The notes below the pieces were generated by a model. That model made no database searches, was not told where the DNA came from, and saw only the letters and a program-made list of their open reading frames with translations. The position numbers and the translations under genes were made by a program. A stretch of 64,000 nt of DNA from Lama guanicoe (Eukaryota). Where the stretch lies: assembly GCA_013239625.1 (NCBI GenBank), contig MU054323.1, positions 18,184,819 through 18,248,818 of the forward strand, read 5' to 3'. Shown here piece by piece: positions 53,201 to 64,000 of the stretch; position 1 is the stretch's first letter; every line of letters starts with the position of its first letter.

Positions 53201-54077
53201 GTATTTTGACAGGTTTGGAACAGGGGCCCTGGGCTGTGGAATCAGCAATGAATCAAACCCCTGTGGACAAGGCCACGTGGAAGGTGAGCTTTTATTAATA
53301 GTGAGACCCCTGGAGTCAAGGGGAAGGTACTACTTTAGAAAGTCTCATTGTGGATGAGCGCCACCTATCAGGATACGCAGAGTTAAGACAGCATGCTTTA
53401 AAAAAAAAAAAGAAAAAATATATATAATGTATATATGTAAAATAAGGAAAAAAACTTAAGTGTGTTTATTTTATGCTGTGAACCCAAAGAGCAAAGCTCT
53501 ATAAAATCTTCACTGGTTAAGGCTCGAATCAGAATCTTTGAAAGAATAAAAACTAGCTTATAAGAGGTTAGAACCCTTAGGCCACAGCATTTTGCCAAAG
53601 AGTCGCTAAGTAGTCAAGGCCACCCTGGTCACTGAATTACTCCTTTTGCTGCTAAAGAAGTAAATGTTGGCTGCTTATTTTGTGTTAAATGAAAGATTGG
53701 GTCCGAGGAGACACATTGTTGCTCCAAGAAAATAACCTTTGCCTATGAAATTGTTCCATGAATGACCATATATGGATATAATGAGGAATTATAAAGAAAA
53801 TTTTAAAAACAATCAGATGAATGAAGTCTCATCTACAGGTCCAAATTCTATTTCAGTAAGAACGAAATCTACTAATATTAACACAGATTTGGAAGTAAGT
53901 ACACAAACTGGAAGTCACTTTTTCCACAAGTGCTTACTTCATTTCTGGTGTCACCTCTTCCTGTACTGTTTCGATTATGTGATACATGAGGTTAATAACT
54001 TACATAATTAGTCAGAAAGTATTAATGCAGCAAAGATTCCTTGGGAAGCACCTAGTTACACACTTCTGATGGTCAAT

Positions 54078-54083
54078 TTTATT
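54078..54083 (-). terminator. Candidate proximal poly(A) signal AATAAA
   Basis: tttatt on + strand; minus reads AATAAAattgaccatcagaagtgtgt with GT-rich sequence downstream; about 3.3 kb after the stop. Confidence 0.55.
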
Positions 54084-54516
54084 AGGACTGATTTGATATA
54101 AATACTCCACACGCTAAACGCTGGTTTGATGTAGAACTGTGTATGGGTTCATGTTCTTGGATGCAGAAAGAATGCAGATAAAGTGGTACCAAAGGATGGA
54201 AAAAAAAAAATCAGTGAAATGTGAGAAGCAGCCAACATTTATCTCAATAGTGTCAGGCAACATTCTGACACTGTGGTCTCTTGGGACATTAAAAGGAAAC
54301 ACTGTATGACCAAAAGGTTGACATTGGCAAGTTGAAACTGGGGATCTGTTTTCTTTCGTTTGCATGAGGATACCAATTGCACAATAATACCTTTTTGGTC
54401 TTTATTTCTTCCAAACATGAAAACAAAAGATGAAGTAGATGACAATGAGGAGAGAGAAAACATTCCGTACAGAATATGCTGTATCACTGGTGATTAAATC
54501 AGAAACAATTAGAAAC

Positions 54517-54522
54517 TTTATT
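54517..54522 (-). terminator. Candidate proximal poly(A) signal AATAAA
   Basis: tttatt on + strand; minus reads AATAAAgtttctaattgtttctg; about 2.85 kb after the stop. Confidence 0.5.
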
Positions 54523-55314
54523 TGTCTGTGTCAATAGTGTGTACCATTTATAAGGAACAGCTCAATTCGTGCACTTCCCCCCCTAAAGCTGTGCACAATA
54601 CACACAAAATAAAATCAAACAGAATGAAATAATTTTACACAACTATAATTACTAATACAGCCCTGAACAACCAGAATCATATTTTCCCTATAATATGAAA
54701 ATTGAAAAAGCAAACAAACCCAAAAGCTTTGAAATTGAAATTGACCAACGGCTAAGATTTCTTAAAGTCCTCTGTGAAAATTTGCTACGGGATTAGTAAC
54801 ATTCCAAATATGGCTAGACATGAGTGCAAAGGCTTTCTAATATTTAAACAACTTGCATCCCTTGACTATTTACTTGGTGTTTCTAGGCTAGCTTTCCATT
54901 TAATAAATCTTCAAAAAAAAAAATGGGTTAGAGTGTGTCCCTAAAGGAGTCAGGCCACCAGTGTGTTGGGCCGTGACAGGTCAGGGGGAGTGTCCAGGAG
55001 ACAGGAGACATGGTAGAGGTGTTGAGGGGCATGGAAAAGTACTGCTGTCCGACAGAGAACTTGGACTTGACCGGGCCTTCTCGGTGGTTTGGGTCACCAA
55101 CATGATTGCCCTATCTGGTATAAAATGGGAAGATGTACAGGATCTGCAGGGTTGGCTAAGGAGACACAGGACACTTTTTCCTAACCTATGCCTTATACTC
55201 TGTTAAAGAAATTTTAAACATTTATACAAGAGAGTTTCCTAATGGTGTTTTCCTCGCAAGATCAGACTGTTTCCATGTGGCTGTGTTAGCTTTTACTCAC
55301 GAAAATGGCAGTCA

Positions 55315-55430
55315 CATTAACTGTGAACCCCCGAGGGCAGGGATCTGGACGTCTTGTCCAGGACTCAGTCCCCAGGAGGTAGCACAGACCCTGGCATACT
55401 GAGTGGGTCGCTAGCATCTAATTACTCATT
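55315..55430 (+). mobile_element. L2 3' end fragment inside the 3' UTR
   Basis: ctgtgaacccccgagggcagggatctg..gtcttgtcca..tcccca...agcacagaccctggcata. Confidence 0.7.
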
Positions 55431-57372
55431 CCATCTTCCAGTGTTTAGTACATGGTGGATGACAGTGATTACTCAGCAGAAGAGAAGGCTGGTGAGAGCT
55501 AAGTATCTCTGAGTCAATACAGAGCACTTGGGGGTGTCTCCAGCCTGGGGTTCTTTACAGATAGAGAAAAGTCCGGGAGGGGGCCCAAGTCCTTGCATTT
55601 ATCCTCATCTGTGGACTCACTAGTTTGGAATGTTGGGTTTATCCACATGCTCTCTGGTATTTTGAAATAGAGCCACTCCTTTTCCAGGGTTAAAAAAAAC
55701 CTCGCAGGGCAATCCTCCGGGGAGGGACTAATCTCATTTTGTTGCTTCCTCCTTAGTCGTAAGTGGAGAAGACACACTTTCACAGGCCCTGTGGCTTCTT
55801 TCCTCCTCAGGAACTGCAGATACAAGCAGAGGGGTCTGGCTGGTGAAAGAAACAGGGCTCCAAATACATTAAAAACAAAACAAAACAAAACCCCCCGAAA
55901 AATGAACAAACCAGCACAATCTATCATCTGTGCCAGACAGAGCAGATGTGAAATAATAAATACTTAGGGGCAGGGGCGTTGTGGGAACGGAAGCGTCCAG
56001 AGCCCGGGCACATCTAATGCATCCCCTGCTCCACAGGGCCCTCCTCCTCGGCCTTCCCGCACCAACAGCTGGGCCGCAGAGGCCGCTGCCGCGCACTGCG
56101 CGGCACCTTCTCCGGGAAGCCTCTGCAGTCTGCCTGGGGTCGTCTCAACAGCTAACTTTCCAGGTAACAGTTCCTGCTGCTTAGAAATGAACGTGCACAC
56201 CCACGAACAAGAAGCCATGTTTCTCCTCTGATCCCTCCTCAAACTCAACAAAAGTTACAACTCAGGTGAAAAGGAAACTCACTCATGTCTTCAGCGTCCA
56301 GTCCGCGCTGCCGAGTGGGGGGCGAGGGCATGCTAGGCTCTACTACATACAGGCGCGCTTTGTTTGGCTGTATCGTTTCCATCCATGCGCTGTGAACAGG
56401 TACCGCGACAACATTCCCGCACAGGCCCGGGGAGGAGGAGCGAGTGTGCGGTCGTGACTGGACAGGACTGTACAAGCCATGGACGCTTTGAAAAGAAAAC
56501 CGACAGACGACCCCAGGCGACAGCAGCACGGGACAGGGACACAGACTGAAGCAAGGGCTGGAAGAGCAGAATGAGGGCTTTGCTAATCACGGCCCCGAGC
56601 TAAAGAGCTAAGGAAGAAAGGATTGTGCGCGCTCCTGGGAGTCCAGGCACTTCACTCCTGTACCTGTTGACAGGAGTGCCAGGCGTCCTGCCTTGAAATG
56701 TCAGACGGGATCAAGAGCCACTACTTTTCTTGGCTCCATTCGAGCTCCCAGGTTTCTTCTTGGAGGCAGCGTCAACCTCTGCTTCTGCTCCAGAGGCCAG
56801 CATGAAATTTAGTAACAGGGTGAAGGCCTGGGCATGCTGCTGCTTCCACGCCCACTTCCTTTCTCAATACCAAATGGTTTTTAAAGTGTTCAGGAGAAAA
56901 GGAGAGTCATCGTAATGATTTCCATTTTTACCAAAACCCCGTTTGCATTTAGATACGTCTTCACTCCCACAAGAGAAGCAACCAAGCCTGATCCTTCCCC
57001 CCGCACCTCCCCACAAAGAAAAACAACAACCACCACCCCTGACTTCATCCCCTCCCCCTCCCCCATCGAAAAGAAGCAAAAACAGAAAACAAATCAAAGA
57101 CTGCACAATTGATGAACCTGGGGAGAACACAGCCCTTCTAGGCTGAGCTGCAAAGATGGCCCTGCCTCCAAGCCTTGTTCAACGTGACGATGCCCCGGGA
57201 AGGGGAGGTGACGGTGGCTCCCTTCGGCCCTGGTACAGAGTATGCTCTTGAAGCTGGATTCCATCAGCAGGTAAGTGAACATGACAAATGTCAGTTTCCT
57301 CTGTTCGTTATACATAATTTTTTATGTATATATTTGTATATATATATAAATTTACTATATCTGATTGTTCCT

Positions 57373-57749
57373 TTAGAAGCCTTTTATGTGGCAGTAGGCC
57401 TCCAGGGAGGAGAAGAAAATGTACAAGAGCCACAGGAGCACAAAGAGGCAGGACGTGAGGAGCTTGGCAGTCCGGGGCCCACCCAGCTCACCTCCGATCT
57501 CTGGCCTCCGCCGGTACAGCAGCACCCCCACGTTGATGAAAGCAAAAATGGTGAAGAGAGTGACAGAGAAAGCGAGCGTGCCAGGGGACACCTTGAACTG
57601 TTCCCCATTGGCAGCATGGTAGATGGCCGCGATGGACCAGGCCACGCCGATGCCCAGGAAGACATTCACCGCGTTGCTGCCAGTGACGTTACCTATGGAT
57701 GCGTCGGCGTACTGGTCCTGGGTGGCTGCCACTTTGCTTGCAAACGTGT
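57373..57749 (-). CDS. SLC8A1: Final coding exon of sodium/calcium exchanger 1 (NCX1): end of alpha-2 repeat and C-terminal transmembrane helices
   Basis: Minus-strand translation (D)TFASKVAATQDQYADASIGNVTGSNAVNVFLGIGVAWSIAAIYHAANGEQFKVSPGTLAFSVTLFTIFAFINVGVLLYRRRPEIGGELGGPRTAKLLTSCLFVLLWLLYIFFSSLEAYCHIKGF* matches the NCX1 C-terminus as I know it. TAA at 57375-57373. Exon starts after polypyrimidine tract + AG; 377 nt = 2 nt completing a split codon + 125 codons. Confidence 0.98.
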
Positions 57750-57775
57750 CTGCAGAGGAAGAAGAAAAAGGAAAC
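57750..57775 (-). promoter_or_regulatory. SLC8A1: 3' splice acceptor of last SLC8A1 intron
   Basis: Minus strand reads tttcctttttcttcttcctctgcAG|ACACGTTT; AG at 57751-57750. Confidence 0.95.
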
Positions 57776-58614
57776 GATGTTTAACCATTTAATAAACGTC
57801 TGAGGGGTGCTGGAAGCCTCAGCGGTATACTCTAGAATCCATCCCTCGATGGAAACCCCGTGCCCAGGTGGGAGCTGTGATGTCCTCTTGAGCCCAGTCG
57901 TGCAGTCAGAACAGGATCTAGGTATCAGGGCTTGAGGCCTGGTGCTGGCAGATCCACAGGTGACCTTGGTCAAAATCTTTACCTGCAGAAATCGCTGCTC
58001 TTTGTGATCCTGAGGGTGTGGCCCTTCCCAGAGCGTTACCCTGAATGTCACCAGGCTCCATCCAGTGGCGCTGGGGCATAACCTGCAGGGCTCAGGACCC
58101 TGTTTTAACAGCACACCCAAAGATTCCAGGCCACTGCAGTTGGAGAACAGCTTCTGGAGGGAGTCACTGAAGGATGCTGTCTCCTCAGCTCTGGTTTATA
58201 GATGAGAAGGCTTAGGGGTCAGGAGCTACTTCCAAAGATTTCCAGAGGAAGTCAATGGTGGGACTGAAACTAACTGAATTATCGTAATAACTGACCTTCA
58301 CCTAGAGCCTTAGAACTAGGAGAGCAGATTCACCTAGGTTACTGTGCTGATGGTGACAATTCCATGAGGGATGAGTAACGGGTGTAACGTAACCCAACAA
58401 GGAAGAAGCCGTGTTCAGGTTTGAGCTCCAGCCTCCCGCCTTCGGGCAAATGCTCGTTCTTCGTGACATATCACCCTTCCCTCTGCCTGGCATCCTAATG
58501 GCCGTCCTCACAGCTCTTTGCTCACCAACAATCCTGACCACATCTCTTTTCTGAAGCTATAAAAGCCATCCATGTCCTTTCTCTATGGAGAGCAAGACGA
58601 GCTTGACTTATTTT

Positions 58615-58805
58615 GTGATGAGTAGAGCACAGGGGTTTAGAGCTCATTTCAGCCAGAGGGTTTCAAATCCTGTCTTCACAACTGACTGTGTGACCCTAGG
58701 CAGATTATTTAATTTCTGAGTCTCAGTTTCCTAATCTGTGAAGTGAGGAAGGACAGTGACGCCCACTTCAGAGTGCTAAGTCGCACTATATACAAAATGC
58801 TTATC
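58615..58805 (+). mobile_element. MIR SINE (intronic)
   Basis: ttcaaatcctgtcttcacaactgactgtgtgaccctaggcagattatttaatttctgagtctcagtttcctaatctgtgaa. Confidence 0.8.
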
Positions 58806-61800
58806 TTTCTTGGTTCCAAGGGTAGCTCTCTTGGTTGTTTGGGGAAGACACTGTGAATGGAGCTGCCTAGGTCTGCTTACTAAAACTTGAGGCTGGATTT
58901 GAAATAGCCCCTTTATTAAGAATGTAAACAGAACTCAGAAGATACTCAACTTCTTTTCTATACGATTGCCTGGTGACTAATATCAAAGTCCTTTCCACTC
59001 CCTTTGCAAATACATTGCGTGGTAGGTTTAGAGCAGATGTTAGTAACTGTCTAATTGCACTCGTATTTACAAAGCCAGCAATGGCAGGTATGATGTTACT
59101 GTAAGGCACCATGTCATGTGCTCTGGTCCTCTGAGGTCCCGGGCAGGCTCTAACCCTGCAGGTAGTTATATGATATCTGGATTCTATTTTCTCCCTTTTG
59201 CTGCCACCTCCGATGGGGACGAGACATAAAACATGTATGTTTCTATCAGCCTGCAGATTTCCGTGTGTTACAGTGGGTGAGAAGGTTGAGGCTGCTTGGA
59301 GACCCTGGACCTGCGGTATCACATTCTTACTGAAAGGGAACTGGTTAATAATAACCTAGAGGGTCCTCACTGATTCTGACCTCTGTCTGTGATGGAAAGT
59401 GGGTTTCAGTTACTGTTTTATAAAGAGGCAAACACCGCGTACTCTGCTCCCAGTGTCACACGGGCACTTTCATTCAACCCTCTCAGGCTGCTAGAGTGGA
59501 GGTTATCACCTTTTACGACTTGGGAAACCGTGATGTTGTGATCCTATGTCTCCTGGACAGGGAAATGCATCAACAGAACAAGGATTTTTAAACCAAGTCT
59601 GTTTCTTTTCAGAGCTGATTCTTGGGTGACACTACCCTGCCCCTCCCAGGAAGGCTAAAGTTCTCCCTTTCTCAGTCCATTTCAGGTCGCCTGAAGCTTC
59701 CACTCAGAAGCTCCGATGCAGGTTTCCGCAGAACGCTCCTTCCGGTCAGGGAGGGCCCGCCTGGGGAAGGTGCAGGTGGCCGGCTAACCTGTCCTGCTGG
59801 GGCCGTGTGGCTTCCGGCACTCACCATCACGCACTGCCCCGATCACGCCTATCACAGAGGCCGGTGAGTAAAAGCCAAGCAAGACCAATGTTAATGGTCT
59901 CTTGCACTTTATTATCGAGTTATTAGGAGCTGCCACAGCAGCAGCCTCAAAAAGAAAAAAAAATGAAGTCATACTGCTGTTAATTTTCAAGGACAACTCT
60001 CAAGTGGTCTGTGCTCAGGACCGTGGGGCACTTTCACTGGGGTCCAGCCTGCTTTTGGAGGGGTGCATGCTGCCTCCCAGCACCTGTGATCATCGACCAT
60101 GTGGGAGTCAGACCAGGGGGGTGGGGGCTCCCAGGTGCAGTGGTGGGAGAAGCCTCCACTCTGGGCTCTTCTCTCTGTATGTTCTTGGGCAAAGACACTT
60201 CAGTCGTTCAGGTTCTGGTTTCCTAGCTTTACTGTTGGGGTGCTGCACAGAATACATCAAAATACTACATTCATTTATATGATTTTGGTGGCTTTTTCTT
60301 TGTAGGAGTTTGTACATGACCACCCATTCCCTTAACGTTGACTAATGATAACATCTTCTCATTTTAAAGGATAAATGACAAGTGAAGTATTGATGCCAAT
60401 TTCAAGACCTGAAGATAAGGCCATTGATGAAACTGGCAATATTAATGAGGTTAAACCACACAGCACAGAGTCATTCACCTCTTAAAAACAGGTAAGAAAC
60501 GTGGGCAGGATTATTTACTTCCAATCACGAGACCAGTCATGTGCCCAAAGGCTTGGGACCGGCAGAGGCAGCTGTGTTTTAGGTGCTGTGTGGAACGTCA
60601 AGTCTGCACATCACTGGCACCATACATACTGGGAGAGCCCCATTTAAAAACAGTAAGATTTGGGGCTCCACCCTCTACTTAATCAGACTGAGAAAAAGAC
60701 ACAGGAATATGCATTTAATAAGTGCCTGAGGTGGTTATTTTTCCGCACCAAGGTTCAAGCACCGCAGCTCTAAGGCATGGGCGTGAAGGCTGCTGCACCA
60801 GGCTCCCAACTGCTTCACAGTCTGTGGGCCTTTGCTGGGAGGAGGAGATGTTTGCGTTTCAGGGAAGTAGATAACTGGGGAGAAGGGAGGAGCAGCTGAC
60901 TGCTCTCAGAGGCAGGGCTGCCCTCCGACAGGTGGGCCTCCCCCTCTACCGTTATGCTAGGCTCTTAGGTGTCCCTCCCCCGCTTTTTAAACCCTGTTCC
61001 AGCATGGCTACTATGAAAGGCCAAGAAGGAGGGAAACTTACTTGAATTACTGGAATTCTGGCTCTCTCACCTGCTGGGTAAGAAGCTAACCTACTTTATA
61101 CAGTCTTGAAAGAAATGAGTTAGCACAAACAGCACACAGAACAGGGCCTGGCACTACGGATTAGTACTGAGCACTAAGGGGTGTGCCTGTTAGTCATCAC
61201 TTTCACAGTACAGCAGAGCCAGATCCCAAAGGAAGCCATAATGGAAGGGTTCTGAGCTTCTGGGGAGTTAGAACACCTTTTAAAGACGTATTAATGGTCC
61301 TATGTAATGAGGAATGTGGTAGAACATTCCATTATTCTTAAACTCATAGATTTTTATTTTGAAAATTCCCTATAACCTAAGTCATTAAAGGATATTAGAC
61401 ATCTTCTGGTTTAAGGCCCTAAATTGACTAGTGGCTGAAAGGCAGGCATCTGTGCTTAAACAATGTATGTACTGGTCTCTGTTCTCTCTTTTGCTCTTTG
61501 AGAATTCAGATGAAGTACTGTTTATTTATGTACTAATCCTTCTGTCCTTATGGACCTCAAACAGCTTCTGTCTTGGGTTGTGATATTTATTTACCCTTGT
61601 AAATATGACAACCACACACTCGCTTGACTGGTTCATCTGCAAAGAACCCGTTTAGCATCCGAGTGAAGCTTAAGAGATCAGAGAATTACTAATGTCTGAT
61701 TGATTAATGACCAGCTACAAGAAAAATTGTAAAAAGTGGAAAAGGGAAAAATACTTAAAATTTCTGCCCATAAAAATTGTCCTAGATCTGCAATTGCAAA

Positions 61801-61944
61801 AAATTACCTTTGTGAAGCAGACCCCACATCGACTGGCTCTCAATTATAAAGGAGATGGGTGTACAGGCAGTAGTATGTAAGTACACAATGATGGCAGATG
61901 TTAATTCCACCTAGCCATATTTCACTTTTTATAACATACACTAA

Positions 61945-62722
61945 AAAAAAGTATTATTTAAGACATACAGCATGATTTGATACACATGAAAATAGTGAAA
62001 TGATTACTGTTTACACTAATTAACATGTCACCTTACATAGTTAACATTTTTTCTATGATGAGTGCATCTTGAACCTATTCTCTTAGAATATTTCCAATAT
62101 TCAATTCAGTATTATTAACTACAGTCATCATGCTGGCACAGTAGAGCCGTGGACTTACTCATCCTACATACAACTCTGTACCATTTGACCAGCATTTCCC
62201 CATATCCCCCACACTACCAGTTTCTGGTAACCACCTTTCTACTCTTTGCTTTTAAAGATTCCATTTTTTTTTAAGATTCCATATATAAGTGAGATCATAC
62301 AATATTTATCTTTCCCAGTCTGGCTTGTTTTATCAACATAATGTCCTCCACATTCATTCATGTTGTTGCAAATGACAGGATTTTCATTATTCTCTCTATA
62401 TAGAATATTTCATGTATATATTCAATAATATTCAGACACTTGGGTTGGTTGTAGACCTTGGCTATTGTTAATAATGCTGAGTGCAGAGGTCTTTTTCAAA
62501 TCCTGATTTCATTTGCTTTGGGTATATAACCAAAAGTGGGACTGTTAGATCTTATGGAGGTTTAATTTTTAAAGTTTTGTGGAAACATTGATACTTTTTT
62601 CCACAGAGGCTGCACCAATGTACAGTCCTACCAACAGTGAGCAAGAATTCCCTTTTCTTCACATCCTTGCCAACAAGTTTGTTATTGTTTGTCTTTTGAT
62701 AATAGCCATGCCCTAGGTGTGA
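61945..62722 (-). mobile_element. L1MA-like 3' end (intronic)
   Basis: tattattaactacagtcatcatgctg...ttccatatataagtgagatcatac...cattcatgttgttgcaaatgacaggat...ggctgcaccaat; ORF 62552-62797 has degenerate L1 ORF2 residues. Confidence 0.85.
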
Positions 62723-64000
62723 TGTATTGAAAACCACAAACTCAACACTTTGGCACTTCTGATCACTATTCAAGTTATGTTCATCAGTGATAAGCATATA
62801 TTATTCAGTTTATCTTTCTCTTCTTACTAGAAAATCCATGAGGGGAGGGATGTTTTAAAAATTATATTATTAGCCCAAGTACCTTGATGAGTAGCTTACA
62901 TACAATGAAATTATGTTGACTGAATGAAGATATGATATTTCCTATAGTAAGTGCCCAGGAAGATAAGAATGAACAGGACAGACATGTCTCCTGTTTTAGG
63001 GAGCTTATAGGCTATTCACAGTAGTCAAAGCATTTCGAGTTTGAAGAGTTACTACAATACATGAAGTCTAGCTTCAACATTTTATAGATCAGGAAACAAG
63101 GGACCAGAGTTCAATTATCTGGCTCATGAAGTAGCACTCTTCTCACTTCACACTGTGCTTAATAATTCTCACTCATTTCAGTTTGTGCTCACAGTACAAT
63201 AGGGACGACATATGCAAATATGAGACGAGTAAAGCTAACACACATTATAAACAGCAGTATGAGTGCTGCAGGAGCGGTGTGAACAAATAACCCTGAAGTA
63301 GTGCAGAACTGTAAGAAATCTCCATGCCCTAAGATTGGCAACACAACCTTCAACAAGTTGAGAGAGGAGTAAAACAACAACAACGGTAGATACAAGGTAA
63401 CTGAAGTTGTGGGGAGAGAATGAAGGAGAGTGATAAGCTCCCTTGAGTTAACTTAAATCTTTAGGCCTCTATGAATTGCAGTCCTGTTAGAGAGCAGACA
63501 CTGACGATGTGGTCACAGATGAAGTCAAGGCGTCATAACAGAAATCAGATGAGAGAACATCCTGTAAGTTTTCAAACAGATAAAATTGGATGACTGAAAT
63601 GAAGAAGTATGTTGAAGAGCTAGCTAAACAAATTGTATGTGAGTTATCAGTGCCAAAGTTGGCCATTACTGGGAGTTGACATATGTTCACTGAATGACAA
63701 GACTTGCTAGAACGGTTTGATATTTTATCTTAAATGAGGTATGGGTACTCACATGTTTGTTGTGTTTATGTATCTGTACATGCACATTTGTGTGTATTTA
63801 AGCAAGGTATTTGACAAAATGTCTCTTAATACCTTGCAGGCATTATGGAGTTAATAATTACCACACTTTGCTGTTACATAGGTGGTTGAATATTCATGTG
63901 CCAATGATTTAGTAATGAATAGATTTCAACCTAGAATGAAGTGTTGCGTCAAGTTCTCTACCTTGTCTCCGTTTTTCCCTAACATTTTATCCAGTATTTG

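Larger units (their letters stand above)
39600..57372 (-). other. SLC8A1: Putative very long (~18 kb) SLC8A1 3' UTR, distal isoform; distal end approximate
   Basis: Contiguous with the stop codon, almost free of recognisable transposons, U-rich on the minus strand, ends at a cluster of poly(A) signals. Long NCX1 transcripts are known in other mammals. Extent is inferred, not observed. Confidence 0.7.
57750..64000 (-). other. SLC8A1: 3' part of the last SLC8A1 intron (penultimate exon lies outside the window)
   Basis: Upstream of the acceptor; no NCX1-like peptide (e.g. ...ALGTSVP) seen; contains MIR, MER5, L1 and L2 fragments. Confidence 0.88.

Noticed and set aside
57373..57732. ORF-track start 'MAATQ' as a standalone 119-aa gene
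   Set aside because: The start is an internal GTG (Val); the true exon begins at the splice acceptor at 57749.
57175..57792. 205-aa plus-strand ORF
   Set aside because: Antisense shadow of the GC-rich SLC8A1 exon; no recognisable protein.
1..64000. CRISPR arrays, operons, rRNA genes
   Set aside because: Sequence is mammalian; no regularly spaced repeat-spacer array or rRNA-like sequence seen.

Overview
Mammalian genomic DNA, most likely a camelid (alpaca/camel), judged from three copies of a tRNA-derived SINE of the camelid vic-1 type and cetartiodactyl-type L1 ends. The only host coding sequence is the last exon of SLC8A1 (Na+/Ca2+ exchanger NCX1) on the minus strand (57749-57373). It is preceded by the end of the last intron (57750-64000) and followed by an unusually long, repeat-poor block (about 57.4 kb down to about 39.6 kb) that I interpret as an ~18 kb extended 3' UTR with proximal (~54.5-53.3 kb) and distal (~40.7-39.6 kb) poly(A) signal clusters. 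Positions 1 to about 39.5 kb are transposon-rich downstream DNA (L2, MIR, L1, ERV LTRs, DNA-transposon MITEs, SINEs), including a nested insertion stack at 25-31.7 kb. The most interesting observations concern the long UTR (many miR-1/206 seed matches mostly beyond the proximal poly(A) signals, G-quadruplex motifs, a CpG-rich patch) and an unexplained diverged local duplication at 16.5/19.1 kb. I found no convincing novel coding system. Repeat family names are recognised by eye and boundaries are approximate unless a target-site duplication is given.
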